Source: Methylococcaceae bacterium
Lineage (GTDB): Bacteria > Pseudomonadota > Gammaproteobacteria > Methylococcales > Methylomonadaceae
Length of the DNA: 59,474 nt
Direction of reading: 5' to 3'
NCBI GenBank assembly: GCA_030627265.1
Contig: DAOUSK010000001.1
Coordinates: 1 to 59,474 of the forward strand
In this document: positions 19,702 to 29,166 of the stretch, piece after piece
Position numbering within the stretch: the first letter of the stretch is position 1
How the letters are laid out: each line of letters starts with the position of its first letter
Notes under the pieces: model-generated
The model's input: only the letters and a program-made list of their open reading frames with translations
What the model was told of the DNA's origin: nothing
Database searches by the model: none
Program-made: the position numbers and the translations under genes

Positions 19702-20922
19702 ATGTTGCGCGCCATTAGCTACTCATTACTCCTTTTATGTTTACTAGTAGTAAGTTGCTTTTGGCTAATCAGCAGTCCTATTGACAGCCCTCTCGTTGAA
19801 TGGAATTTAAGCAATGCCGATATTCAACGCGCAAAAAATATACTTTCTGCAAATCAACAAACTCAAGGCAAGCAGATAAAAATCGCCTTTACTGAGCGTG
19901 ATCTCAATGTTGCCAGTCGTTATTTATTAAATAGCTACACCAAAAGCCAATCTTATCTGTTATTAAAAGAGCAAAGCATTCATGTGCTAGTGCGCTTTCA
20001 CTTTACTTATATCCAGTTTTTTCAGCGCAGCTTTAACCTCAAATTTCGGGTGCTTTTCCCAACAAAAAAATCTATAAAAATCACTAAATTATCCTTGGGT
20101 TCATTAAATATCCCTGAATTTTATGCTGAACATTTGTTAAGTTTCGCGCTTAAACTAAGTCCCTTTCAGCGCTATTTAGATATTATCATGCAAAATCTAA
20201 ATTCTATTAGTTTGCAAAATAAGCAGTTACATATTAGCTTCCAGCTGCCTAAAAATTCACTAGGGACACTACAACAGTTCTTATTATTTTCTAATGTTAA
20301 TGTAGAAGCCTTAAACGCATACCAAAAACAACTGCAACTTAGTTTGTTGCAACATAACCCAGACTGGCTTTTATCCCTTAATGAGATTCTTCAGCCTTTA
20401 TTCTTACTGGCGGAAAAACGCTCCAAAAATAATAACCCTATTGATGAAAATAAATTTGTTATTTTAGTTGCCAATCAATACGTCAATCACTCGAGACATT
20501 TAAGGCAAGACTATTTACCCGCTTATGCTTATAAACGCCAAGATATTACACAGCATTTTATGGGCGCTGCCGCTTTATCTATTTCAAGTAACCCAAATTT
20601 AGCGCAAATGCTAAGCACAGAAAAAGAAATTAATGATGCTAAAAAACACAGTGGTTTTAGTTTTGTCGATTTAGCCGCCGACAAAGCAGGCATTCACTTT
20701 GGCTCATTTGCCACCGAATCCACCAAAACAGCCCGTTTATTACAAAAAAAAATGAGCCGTTCATTACACTACAGCGAGTTCATCCCAACCATTAAAGATT
20801 TACCTGAAAACCTAAGCGCCGCTGAATTTAAAAAAGACTATCACTCCATTTACAGCCCTCAATATCAATTTATGTTACAAAAAATAGATCAACGTATTAC
20901 TAACAGTGCTATTTATCAGTAA
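19702..20922 (+). CDS. Hypothetical membrane-anchored protein with YfiM/DUF2279-like C-terminal motif
   Basis: N-terminal TM; QHFMGAAAL...KEINDA...SGFSFVDLAADKAG. Confidence 0.55.
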   Translation: MLRAISYSLLLLCLLVVSCFWLISSPIDSPLVEWNLSNADIQRAKNILSANQQTQGKQIKIAFTERDLNVASRYLLNSYTKSQSYLLLKEQSIHVLVRFHFTYIQFFQRSFNLKFRVLFPTKKSIKITKLSLGSLNIPEFYAEHLLSFALKLSPFQRYLDIIMQNLNSISLQNKQLHISFQLPKNSLGTLQQFLLFSNVNVEALNAYQKQLQLSLLQHNPDWLLSLNEILQPLFLLAEKRSKNNNPIDENKFVILVANQYVNHSRHLRQDYLPAYAYKRQDITQHFMGAAALSISSNPNLAQMLSTEKEINDAKKHSGFSFVDLAADKAGIHFGSFATESTKTARLLQKKMSRSLHYSEFIPTIKDLPENLSAAEFKKDYHSIYSPQYQFMLQKIDQRITNSAIYQ

Positions 20923-20927
20923 AAACC

Positions 20928-21773
20928 ATGACTCAATTTAAAAACCTAGCTTACCTCTGCCCCATTTGCCAAGATTCACTAGAACCCACGGAAAACAAAA
21001 AATCTTATTTGTGCCCGAACAATCATCATTTTGATGTCGCCAAAGAAGGTTACTTAAATTTATTACCGGCTCAGCATAAAAAATCGAAAGAACCGGGAGA
21101 TAGCAAAGCAATGATGATTGCTCGGCGTGATTTTCTTGAGGCTGACTTTTATCTGCCCTTAGCAAAAGCACTAGCAGCTTACATTGACCAGCATTACGCG
21201 CCTGATTCAAGTATGCATATTTTAGATATGGGCTGCGGAGAAGGTTATTACAGCCGTCAAATCTCTGCTTTAAGTAAGTACTCATCAGATTTAGAGCTAC
21301 ATGGTCTGGATATTGCAAAAAATGCCATTATTGCTGCCGCAAAAAAGCAAAAAGAAGCCCGTTATATCGTAGCGAGTAGCAACAACATGCCTTATGCCGA
21401 TCATTATTTTGATTTAATATTCCGTGTTTATGCACCGTCTAACGATCAAGAAATCATGCGATTATTAAAAGAACAAGGTCTATTGTTAATCGTCACTCCC
21501 GGGCCGCGCCATTTGTGGCAGCTAAGAGAGTTTATCTATCAAGATGTCAAAGCACATAGCACAGAGATTGATGTACCTGAGGGCTTTAAAATGATTGATA
21601 GCCAACAATTGAGCTATACCATTTGCCCTGAGAAAGCACAGCGTATTGCTTTATTACAAATGACGCCATTTGCATGGAAAGCAAATATCGATATTCAGGC
21701 TAAAATTGAAGCCGCTGAGCAGTTAAATATTGAAGTTGATTTTATTTTAAGTTTGGCGCAAAAGGTGGGCTAG
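20928..21773 (+). CDS. rlmA: 23S rRNA m1G745 methyltransferase
   Basis: CPIC...CPNNHHFDVAKEGYLNLL zinc finger, PGDS, DMGCGEGYY, LLQMTPFAW. Confidence 0.92.
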   Translation: MTQFKNLAYLCPICQDSLEPTENKKSYLCPNNHHFDVAKEGYLNLLPAQHKKSKEPGDSKAMMIARRDFLEADFYLPLAKALAAYIDQHYAPDSSMHILDMGCGEGYYSRQISALSKYSSDLELHGLDIAKNAIIAAAKKQKEARYIVASSNNMPYADHYFDLIFRVYAPSNDQEIMRLLKEQGLLLIVTPGPRHLWQLREFIYQDVKAHSTEIDVPEGFKMIDSQQLSYTICPEKAQRIALLQMTPFAWKANIDIQAKIEAAEQLNIEVDFILSLAQKVG

Positions 21774-21981
21774 TTTCCCTCAGCCGAGTCTGTCCCTACT
21801 AATGGAGAATTTTGCACGCGAAGCAAGCATAATCAATAAGGTAACAAAAGATGCCCTGTTTTACTTGACCATTACAATAGCTAGCCTGATTTTTCGTATA
21901 GACCCTTCAATAATAAAGATACATTGAAGTAGTGCCGCTATAATAAACTAAAGCCTGATAGCTTAATAAAAGGAAAAATCA

Positions 21982-22776
21982 ATGAGCACTGATGAAGACA
22001 ATATCAACACCGCAAGTATTGAAGAAATGATCAATGCGAACTTAGGCATTGATCCTGCAGATTTAGAAGAAAGCACCCCAGAGGAGCGTTCTGCTATTGA
22101 TGAGTTGCTTGCAGTCGATGAACCCGCTGAAACTGAAATTCATGAAGATCCTATCTCCCCTGAACTTGAAGAAGTTACCCTAGAAGAGCAAAGTGAAATT
22201 ATTGCAGAAGATGATAATAGTGAGCTTATTGCAACTGAAGAAATTGAAAATACTGAAATAGATGCCGAAGATCTAGCGACAGCAGTTGAACTATCAAGTG
22301 ACGAAATGGAGATTGATTTAAGCACTGCCATTCAAGAAAGCAATGAAGATCAACCAATCGAAGAAACTGAACCTGAAGAAAGCACATCAAACGATGAAGC
22401 GGATGCTATTGAAAATGAAACTTCCGAGCTACCTGAAACGCCTGCCCAAGAAAGTGCCCGTGATTCAGAACCTATGACCGCATTAGAAAATGAAGTCTCT
22501 GAGCTGGAAAATGAAATCCAAGGTCAACTCGATCAATTTGTCGAACAAGCAGGAAATTTAAAAAGTAATGTACAAAACGAGCTGCAACGCGTCAGTTCAG
22601 ATAATGAGAAGCTACAAGAACAAATTGATAGTTTGGTGCAACAGCTATCCAATGCTGAAGAAAAAATACAGGGTTTTACAGAAGTTCAGGATAAACAACA
22701 AGCCACGATTCATAAGCTTATTCTCATCATCAAAGGAATCCGTACAAAAATATCCCACCTTTACGATGAAGAATAA
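21982..22776 (+). CDS. Very acidic low-complexity protein with C-terminal coiled coil
   Basis: AAGGA SD; E/D-rich N-terminal two-thirds; heptad pattern in the last ~100 aa. Confidence 0.75.
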   Translation: MSTDEDNINTASIEEMINANLGIDPADLEESTPEERSAIDELLAVDEPAETEIHEDPISPELEEVTLEEQSEIIAEDDNSELIATEEIENTEIDAEDLATAVELSSDEMEIDLSTAIQESNEDQPIEETEPEESTSNDEADAIENETSELPETPAQESARDSEPMTALENEVSELENEIQGQLDQFVEQAGNLKSNVQNELQRVSSDNEKLQEQIDSLVQQLSNAEEKIQGFTEVQDKQQATIHKLILIIKGIRTKISHLYDEE

Positions 22777-22811
22777 AAAGTTTTCTAGGGCGCAGATTTT
22801 CAGAGGCCGTC

Positions 22812-22929
22812 GTAGGTTGGATGAGATTTTTTATTGCGCAGCATTAAAAAACGAAATCCGACAATTAAATGCATCCAAAATGTCGGATTTCGTTATCGTC
22901 GCTACGCTAGATAAGCTCATCCAACCTAC
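22812..22929. repeat. REPIN-like doublet, family B (GTAGGTTGGATGAG ... CTCATCCAACCTAC)
   Basis: Terminal 14-bp perfect inverted repeat, inner CGAAATCCGACA/TGTCGGATTTCG pair. Second copy at 42274. Confidence 0.85.
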
Positions 22930-22957
22930 ATATACGCCTACGCGTTTAGGATAAAAA

Positions 22958-23425
22958 ATGAGTCATGAAGCCTTCTTACAGCAAGCGATTGCGCTTGCTG
23001 TAGAAAATACAAAAATAGGCGGTGGGCCTTTTGCTGCCATTATTTGCAAAGATGACAAAGTCATTGCCAGTAGCGGTAATGCCGTCATCTTAAATTTAGA
23101 CCCGACTGCACATGCTGAAGTTTTGGCAATTCGTAACGCTTGTCAGATTTTACAAGATTTTCAATTAAATGACTGCGTGCTTTATAGCAGCTGCGAACCC
23201 TGTCCTATGTGTCTGGGCGCGATTTACTGGGCGCGATTAAAAGCAGTCTATTTTGCTTGTAACCGAGCAGATGCTGCCATTGCGGGATTTGATGATAGTT
23301 TTATTTATGATGAAGTCCCCAAGAAGCCTGAGAAACGACAGATTGCTATGCAACAAATTGCTTTAGCAAATTCACTACATCCGTTTACTGCATGGCAAGC
23401 AGAGGAAAATAAACGGCTTTATTAA
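22958..23425 (+). CDS. Nucleoside/guanine deaminase, cytidine-deaminase fold (GuaD-like)
   Basis: GGPFAA, DPTAHAEV, EPCPMCLGAIYW, GFDDSFIY. Confidence 0.85.
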   Translation: MSHEAFLQQAIALAVENTKIGGGPFAAIICKDDKVIASSGNAVILNLDPTAHAEVLAIRNACQILQDFQLNDCVLYSSCEPCPMCLGAIYWARLKAVYFACNRADAAIAGFDDSFIYDEVPKKPEKRQIAMQQIALANSLHPFTAWQAEENKRLY

Positions 23426-23445
23426 AGCGCACACGCGCTTTTTAT
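23424..23445 (+). terminator. Probable intrinsic terminator
   Basis: AAAGCGC-ACAC-GCGCTTT followed by T-rich sequence at the stop codon. Confidence 0.55.
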
Positions 23446-23468
23446 TCCCTTACCCCGGGAAAAAATCC

Positions 23469-23607
23469 GTAGGATGGCTAGAATCTAGCACCGGCTTTTT
23501 GGTGCATAATGAAATCCATCAACCCACGCCTATTAATTCTTCAGTGTTGATGATTTATACCGTAGCTGATTTGATGGGTTTCGCAAAAAACGCTCTACCC
23601 ATCCTAC
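23469..23607. repeat. Family A REP doublet
   Basis: Long arm plus short arm with a longer spacer. Confidence 0.85.
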
Positions 23608-23676
23608 GAAAAACCTTATTCACATATTAAAATAATTATGTATCAAGGTTTAAGCCTAAATGTATTGGGGTTGATA

Positions 23677-24093
23677 TTACTCTTCTAAACTCGCTGCTTT
23701 TTTAATTTTAATCAACCAGCCATCTTTACCCAAACAGCCCATCATAGCCGTTGCATCCACATTAATTCGTGCATACTTTCCTGATAGTTCTGCCGGCAAT
23801 TTTGCAGTGATCTCATAATAAGGCCCTTTATTCTCTGCTGTAAATTTTAAAGGGATTTTTTTAGCAACAACATGAATACTACCTGGCTCTGCATCCCCTG
23901 ATACTGTAAAAGAGATTTCAGATTCCGCCTCTGCTTCAAGTTTTGTATCTTGGTTATAAGGTGCTGGCTCAAAGCTTTTAAAGCGTGGTTTTTTACAGCC
24001 ATCACTGGTGTATTTTGAACCATACGCCATTGCAGAACTTGAAAATGCTAAAACAGCAACCAATCCAGCCCACTTTATAGATTTTGTTATCAT
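23677..24093 (-). CDS. Exported hypothetical protein (two Cys, beta-rich)
   Basis: Signal peptide ending SSAMA; possible disulfide. Confidence 0.7.
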   Translation of the reverse strand: MITKSIKWAGLVAVLAFSSSAMAYGSKYTSDGCKKPRFKSFEPAPYNQDTKLEAEAESEISFTVSGDAEPGSIHVVAKKIPLKFTAENKGPYYEITAKLPAELSGKYARINVDATAMMGCLGKDGWLIKIKKAASLEE

Positions 24094-24213
24094 TATTATC
24101 TCTCTATTATTTCATTAGCGAAATGAAAGTATAAATCAATCGCCAGCGAAAAACATCCACAAGCTAAATAGATAGAGTAAAATTACGTTTATATTTATTA
24201 TGGAATAGACATT

Positions 24214-24636
24214 ATGATCGGAAAAATTAAAAGTTACGACGAAAGCACGCAAACTGGTGTTATTGAACTCGATGAGCAATTTTACGGGTTTCACCTTGAT
24301 GATTGGAGCGAGTCTGTTGACCCACGCATCGACTCTAATGTTTTATTTGAAGCTGAAGGCGATACAGCCAGCATGGTGACATTAATAGGCAGTTACCCAA
24401 CGCCCCCTAAAGAAGCGGTAAAATCACGTAGAATTGCCATGGCATTAGCGTTCTTTCCTTTAACAGGCCTTGTTGGTGGTCACCGTTGGTACTTAGGTTT
24501 TTACAAAATGGGCACAATTCAAACGGTTGTCACTGCCGTAAGTTTTGGTGGTGGTTATTTATGGCCCTTTGTTGAGGGTGTCTTACTTTACACCGGCAGA
24601 ATGTATGAAGACTCTGAAGGCCGCCCTTTAAAATAA
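24214..24636 (+). CDS. Cold-shock-like OB domain fused to a TM2 domain
   Basis: MIGKIKSYD...GVI...YGFH at the N-terminus; KSRRIAMALAFF...GGHRWYLG TM2 motif. Confidence 0.75.
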   Translation: MIGKIKSYDESTQTGVIELDEQFYGFHLDDWSESVDPRIDSNVLFEAEGDTASMVTLIGSYPTPPKEAVKSRRIAMALAFFPLTGLVGGHRWYLGFYKMGTIQTVVTAVSFGGGYLWPFVEGVLLYTGRMYEDSEGRPLK

Positions 24637-24639
24637 TCC

Positions 24640-25374
24640 ATGTTGCATTCTTTTTTTATTGCCCTACAGTTTTTAACACGCATTCCTGTTAATTTCTCCG
24701 TTCATTATTCCAATAAACACCTAGGGCAATCTCCCCTTTTTTACCCCGTCATAGGGTTATTAATCGGCTTAATCCTTTACTTGCTAAGCTCTTTTTTACC
24801 CGAGCAACATAATGCATTAAATGCTGCATTAATATTATGTGTTTGGGTTTTAATAACCGGCGGATTACATTTAGATGGCTTGGCGGACTGTAGCGATGCT
24901 TGGGCGGGTGGTTTAAATAATAAAACACGTACACTGCAAATTATGAAGGACCCAGCAGCCGGGCCTATTGCAGTCATCATTTTGGTGCTACTGCTGCTTT
25001 TAAAGTGGACCAGTTTACAAATTATTTTGCAGCAACCCAACCATTTCATACCCCTACTGATTGCGCCAATACTAGGACGAACCAGTATTTTATTACTGAT
25101 GTTAAGCGCTCCTTATGTCAGTGAAAAAGGCTTGGCTTCTGCATTATTTACCGATTTCCCAAAGAAAACTGCGCAACTCATCTCCATCGCCCTTATCATT
25201 CTTTGCATTATATTTAGTAGCTTAAGCGTTATTCTTCCTAGCCTGTTACTGATTATGCTCATTCGTTATTTAGCCATGCAACGCATTCAAGGAGTTACTG
25301 GTGATGTTTACGGTGCAAGTGTTGAGCTAATAGAAACAAGCATCTTAATAAGTTGGGTACTTTTTTATGGATAA
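24640..25374 (+). CDS. cobS: Adenosylcobinamide-GDP ribazoletransferase
   Basis: ALQFLTRIP, TGGLHLDGLADCSD, IMKDP, GVTGDVYGA. Confidence 0.95.
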   Translation: MLHSFFIALQFLTRIPVNFSVHYSNKHLGQSPLFYPVIGLLIGLILYLLSSFLPEQHNALNAALILCVWVLITGGLHLDGLADCSDAWAGGLNNKTRTLQIMKDPAAGPIAVIILVLLLLLKWTSLQIILQQPNHFIPLLIAPILGRTSILLLMLSAPYVSEKGLASALFTDFPKKTAQLISIALIILCIIFSSLSVILPSLLLIMLIRYLAMQRIQGVTGDVYGASVELIETSILISWVLFYG

Positions 25375-26014
25375 ACATAAGTTTAGCGAGTCTGAGATTA
25401 CAGGTGTCTATCGCGCCATTGCAGAGCGCCGTGATATGCGCCACTTTATTGATAAAGAAATCCCAGAGGCGACCTTAGCTAAATTACTGAATGCCGCGCA
25501 TCAAGCTGGCAGTGTTGGTTTAATGCAGCCTTGGCGATTTATTAGAATAACGGACTTAAGTTTACGCACGCAAATACATCATTTAGTCGACGAAGAAAGG
25601 CAACTCACCGCAGCAGCACTGGGTGAGCGTCAAGATGACTTTATGAAGCTAAAAGTAGAAGGTATTTTAGAGTGCGCGGAATTATTAGTTGTTGCGCTAC
25701 CTAATCACCGAGAACAACATATCTTCGGGCGTAGGACTTTACCTGAAATGGATATTGCCTCAACCGCTTGTGCCATCCAGAACATCTGGCTAGCTGCACG
25801 AGCTGAAGGCTTGGGTATGGGCTGGGTCTCGTTATTTGATCCTAAAAAATTAGGCTCTCTACTAAATATGCCTGAAGGCAGCCAAGCCATTGCTGTTTTG
25901 TGTTTGGGCCATGTAGAAGAGTTTTACAAAAAACCGATGTTAGAGCTAGAAAATTGGGCTGAAGGAAAAAGCTTAGAATGTTTTTTAAGTGAAAATACTT
26001 GGAAAGACGAGTAA
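25367..26014 (+). CDS. bluB: 5,6-dimethylbenzimidazole synthase
   Basis: RRDMRHF, SVGLMQPWRF, CAIQNIWLAARAEGLGMGWVS. Confidence 0.93.
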   Translation: MDKHKFSESEITGVYRAIAERRDMRHFIDKEIPEATLAKLLNAAHQAGSVGLMQPWRFIRITDLSLRTQIHHLVDEERQLTAAALGERQDDFMKLKVEGILECAELLVVALPNHREQHIFGRRTLPEMDIASTACAIQNIWLAARAEGLGMGWVSLFDPKKLGSLLNMPEGSQAIAVLCLGHVEEFYKKPMLELENWAEGKSLECFLSENTWKDE

Positions 26015-26078
26015 TACCAATCCCAATAAGTACTGGCTGTTATAAACCTTTTTAATATCGCATTTATTGCACTTTTTC

Positions 26079-26207
26079 GTAGGGTGGGTAGAGCGTAGCA
26101 CCTGTTTTTTAGGTGCGAAGTGAAACCCATCATCAACTCTACGTATAGTGCGATGGGTTTCACTTCGTGCTCTAACGGGTCGCAAAAAGACGCTCTACCC
26201 ATCCTAC
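26079..26207. repeat. Family A REP doublet with chimeric right arm
   Basis: GTAGGGTGGGTAGAGCG ... CGCTCTACCCATCCTAC. Confidence 0.85.
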
Positions 26208-26216
26208 GCGGAAAAA

Positions 26217-26600
26217 CTAACGCTTAAAGAATAAGTGTACAAAAGTACATTTTAAAATCATATTATCGTCATCTAACTCAACCGCTTTACACGTTTCCAT
26301 TTTAGAGCGACCCGGCGTTTTTTGTTTTTTAAGCACACCATTTTCAATTTTGTAAGTTAAATTAATCTCAAGATTTTTTGTACGGCCATAACGATCACTT
26401 GTGACTGTATTTAAAACGTCATTATCTCTAAAGTCCCATACACCAAATAGCTCGACTTGCTCTTTATGACGAGCAATTGCTTCAGCATATAAAGTCCACT
26501 TACCTTTAATTAAAGAGTTATCTTCTAATTTAACATCTGCATTAACAGACATTGATAATAAAAGTACTGTTCCCGCTAAAAAAAGTTGTATTAATTTCAT
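26217..26600 (-). CDS. Exported hypothetical protein, lipocalin-like
   Basis: Signal peptide; LIKGKWTL (GxW) motif; two Cys. Confidence 0.65.
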   Translation of the reverse strand: MKLIQLFLAGTVLLLSMSVNADVKLEDNSLIKGKWTLYAEAIARHKEQVELFGVWDFRDNDVLNTVTSDRYGRTKNLEINLTYKIENGVLKKQKTPGRSKMETCKAVELDDDNMILKCTFVHLFFKR

Positions 26601-26650
26601 AGTAAAAATCTCTCGTTATTATTGTTATTGGAAAAAGCTAATGGTCTTAA

Positions 26651-26765
26651 GGAATGTGCATGAAATAAAACTAACAAACGGGAAGTGGGACTTTAGTCCC
26701 GCACTGAGTCAGTACTAGGCTAAAGCCTCACTTCCAAGTTGCTCAAGTTATTTCATGCACGTTCC
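26651..26765. mobile_element. MITE-like element: 18-bp terminal inverted repeats, TAA direct repeats, internal REP-like doublet
   Basis: TAA|GGAATGTGCATGAAATAA ... TTATTTCATGCACGTTCC|TAA (17/18). Inner imperfect IR at 26681-26735. Confidence 0.75.
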
Positions 26766-26847
26766 TAAACCCTTAAAAATCAATTTACATTCTACATTAA
26801 ACCCAATGAAAGTTCCCTACAATGCGGCAGCGAGTAAATTGATCACC

Positions 26848-27198
26848 TTAGCTGAAAACCTTATCAAAAAAACCTTTTTTATTTTCTAATGCCGCTATAT
26901 GCTGCTGCGTAAATATAGCAATATCCGACTCTTGCTCTCTATCAACAATAGCTTGTAAAGTCACCAGACTTTTTTTATCTAGCAAGCTAATTGCCTGTTT
27001 TCTAACAGACATATAATGTGCATTAAGCGCCGCTAATTCAATTAAATAGACATTTGCTGAATTTAACTGCTTTAACATAAGATTTTCTGGATCACTGGTT
27101 AAAAAATCACGCAGTAAATTACCATATTGCTCTTGGGCACGCACTAAATCAGCACGATTAATTTTCACCGGTTCTTTTGGATCATCACAACAGCCCAT
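26848..27198 (-). CDS. Hypothetical helical protein starting MGCCDD
   Basis: AAGGAG SD before ATG 27198, preferred over the ORF-track start at 27240. Confidence 0.65.
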   Translation of the reverse strand: MGCCDDPKEPVKINRADLVRAQEQYGNLLRDFLTSDPENLMLKQLNSANVYLIELAALNAHYMSVRKQAISLLDKKSLVTLQAIVDREQESDIAIFTQQHIAALENKKGFFDKVFS

Positions 27199-27564
27199 CA
27201 GCTTCTCCTTATTACAAAAATCAATCGTATGATTGTTCATTTGGCGGATTCAACGCTATTACCCGTTATACTCTCAAAACTGTTACCTTTGATAACGTTT
27301 TTGCTGATTACTCCATAAACCTTGTTATTCTATCTTCCCTATTACAAATAAGAATTTAACAAATCAATAAAACACTCAATTTAAAATCTAGAACGGTTTA
27401 AGGAACAGAATAATAAATAACCACTGAACTTTATATCTTTTAAAAAATCAAAAACCAATTAAAATCATGAGGTTTAACAAGAGATTCTGTGTACAATTAA
27501 TCGCCTACCAATAAAATATATCTCTACATTGATAGCGTGTTCAATACTTAAATCATAATTTTTC

Positions 27565-29025
27565 ATGAATAAAAACCAGTTTTTTTTAATCGGTGTGCTA
27601 CTCGCATCAAGCGCTTCCTTTGCTTACGCCCAAACAATTCAGCTCACCAATGGCGATTCACTCACTGTTGAAATTATTCAGCAAACGAATACAACACTCA
27701 CTTATTCGCATACTATTTTAGGTAAGCAAACTGTCCAAAAATCAGCTATTCGTAATTTACCAGAGCTAAACCTAGCTAATATTAATAAGGTAAAGGAAGG
27801 TGCTGAAGGTCAATCAGCTTTAGAGTTACATGGTGCGCAGGAAAATCAACAGATAGCTCAAGAAGAAGTTACTAATGCTAAAAAACACTTAGACATCACT
27901 AAAAAAGATACCCTGCTTACAACGGGAGTCGGCATAAAAGCTGCTGAACAAAAAGAATTAGCCGCAGGCGAAAGGTTCACGACTGCAGAAAAAAATCTAG
28001 TTATCGCTAATGCAGCGTTGGTAGCAGCGACAACTAAATTACAAACAGCCCAAAATGTTTCAATTGCTGGCGAACAAGTCAGTCTCGCTACAATAGAATT
28101 AAAACAAGCTCAGAAAGATGAAAAAATAGCTCACAAAGATCTTGCTACTGCAGAAAAAGAGCTAGATAAGGCTGATGATAATTCTGAAGCTAAAGCCGAA
28201 ATAAAGGTAGAGACCGCTGAAAATAAGGTATATAGCGCAGAAGAAAATGTACTGCAAGCAAAAGAAAATCTTTTATTAGCTGAGAATGCAGTCACTATTG
28301 CCAAAGGTGAAAAAGTTAATGATGGTTTTATGGGAACTGGAGTTTTTAAAGACTGGGACGCTACTATTGCATTAGGCATAAAAGGTGCATCAGGAACCGC
28401 GGTTAATGCAACAGTTCGAGTTGGTTTTGATTCAAGATATGAAGATAAAGCTCATCGCTGGGATTTTAAATCATTTTATTTTTATAATTCTGAAGATAAC
28501 GTAGCCAGCGAGAAGCAGGCGCATGTTGCCTTAGTAAAAGATTGGTTTTTTAATGGTAGACCTTGGTTTGCCTATGCTTCAACCACATTCGATACCGATA
28601 AATTTAAAGATTGGAATCACCGCTTACAAGTATCAACGGGGCCAGGCTATCAATTTATTAAAACAGAAACATGGGAATTCTCAGCAAGAGCGGGGTTAAC
28701 CGGTGTATTTGAATTTGAAAAAGATCTTTTCGACTCTGCTGGGACCATTATAGGACAAGAGAATAACCAAAACATTGAGGCAATGATGGGCTTAGATGCA
28801 ACGTGGCATATCACCTCTAAACAACGCTTTACCATTTCTAATTATATTTACCCAAGTATTACCAATGGAGGAGAGTTTAGAAATTTAGCCAACGCCTCAT
28901 GGATACATGACATAGACTGGTTTGACGGCTTAGCTGTTAAATTTGGTATAAGAGATGAATACGATACTAACGAATCGATTCCTAATGAATTTAAATATGA
29001 TTTCTCAATACTTTGCAGGTTCTAA
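27565..29025 (+). CDS. DUF481 (YdiY-like) outer-membrane barrel with long coiled-coil insert
   Basis: Signal peptide, IQLTNGDSL N-domain, Ala/Glu/Lys heptads, then DKFKDWNHRLQVSTGPGYQF and terminal Phe. Confidence 0.75.
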   Translation: MNKNQFFLIGVLLASSASFAYAQTIQLTNGDSLTVEIIQQTNTTLTYSHTILGKQTVQKSAIRNLPELNLANINKVKEGAEGQSALELHGAQENQQIAQEEVTNAKKHLDITKKDTLLTTGVGIKAAEQKELAAGERFTTAEKNLVIANAALVAATTKLQTAQNVSIAGEQVSLATIELKQAQKDEKIAHKDLATAEKELDKADDNSEAKAEIKVETAENKVYSAEENVLQAKENLLLAENAVTIAKGEKVNDGFMGTGVFKDWDATIALGIKGASGTAVNATVRVGFDSRYEDKAHRWDFKSFYFYNSEDNVASEKQAHVALVKDWFFNGRPWFAYASTTFDTDKFKDWNHRLQVSTGPGYQFIKTETWEFSARAGLTGVFEFEKDLFDSAGTIIGQENNQNIEAMMGLDATWHITSKQRFTISNYIYPSITNGGEFRNLANASWIHDIDWFDGLAVKFGIRDEYDTNESIPNEFKYDFSILCRF

Positions 29026-29166
29026 CAAGCTTGCAAATAGTTAAAAATAACACTTAATTAAATTTGTTACGTCCATAAGGGGTATGCTTGATTATTCGGC
29101 CTACCCTATTTTGTTGCCTATTTTTTATAGACCCTTATATCAACCCCAACAATAGCTCATTACATT

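Noticed and set aside
22568-22954. 128-aa ORF on +
   Set aside because: It overlaps the acidic protein in another frame and runs through a REP doublet.
25924-26202. Two short minus-strand ORFs
   Set aside because: They are translations of the REP doublet and the antisense of bluB.
27529-27544. FNR-like site TTGAT...TTCAA upstream of the DUF481 gene
   Set aside because: The spacer is 6 nt rather than 4 and one half-site is imperfect.
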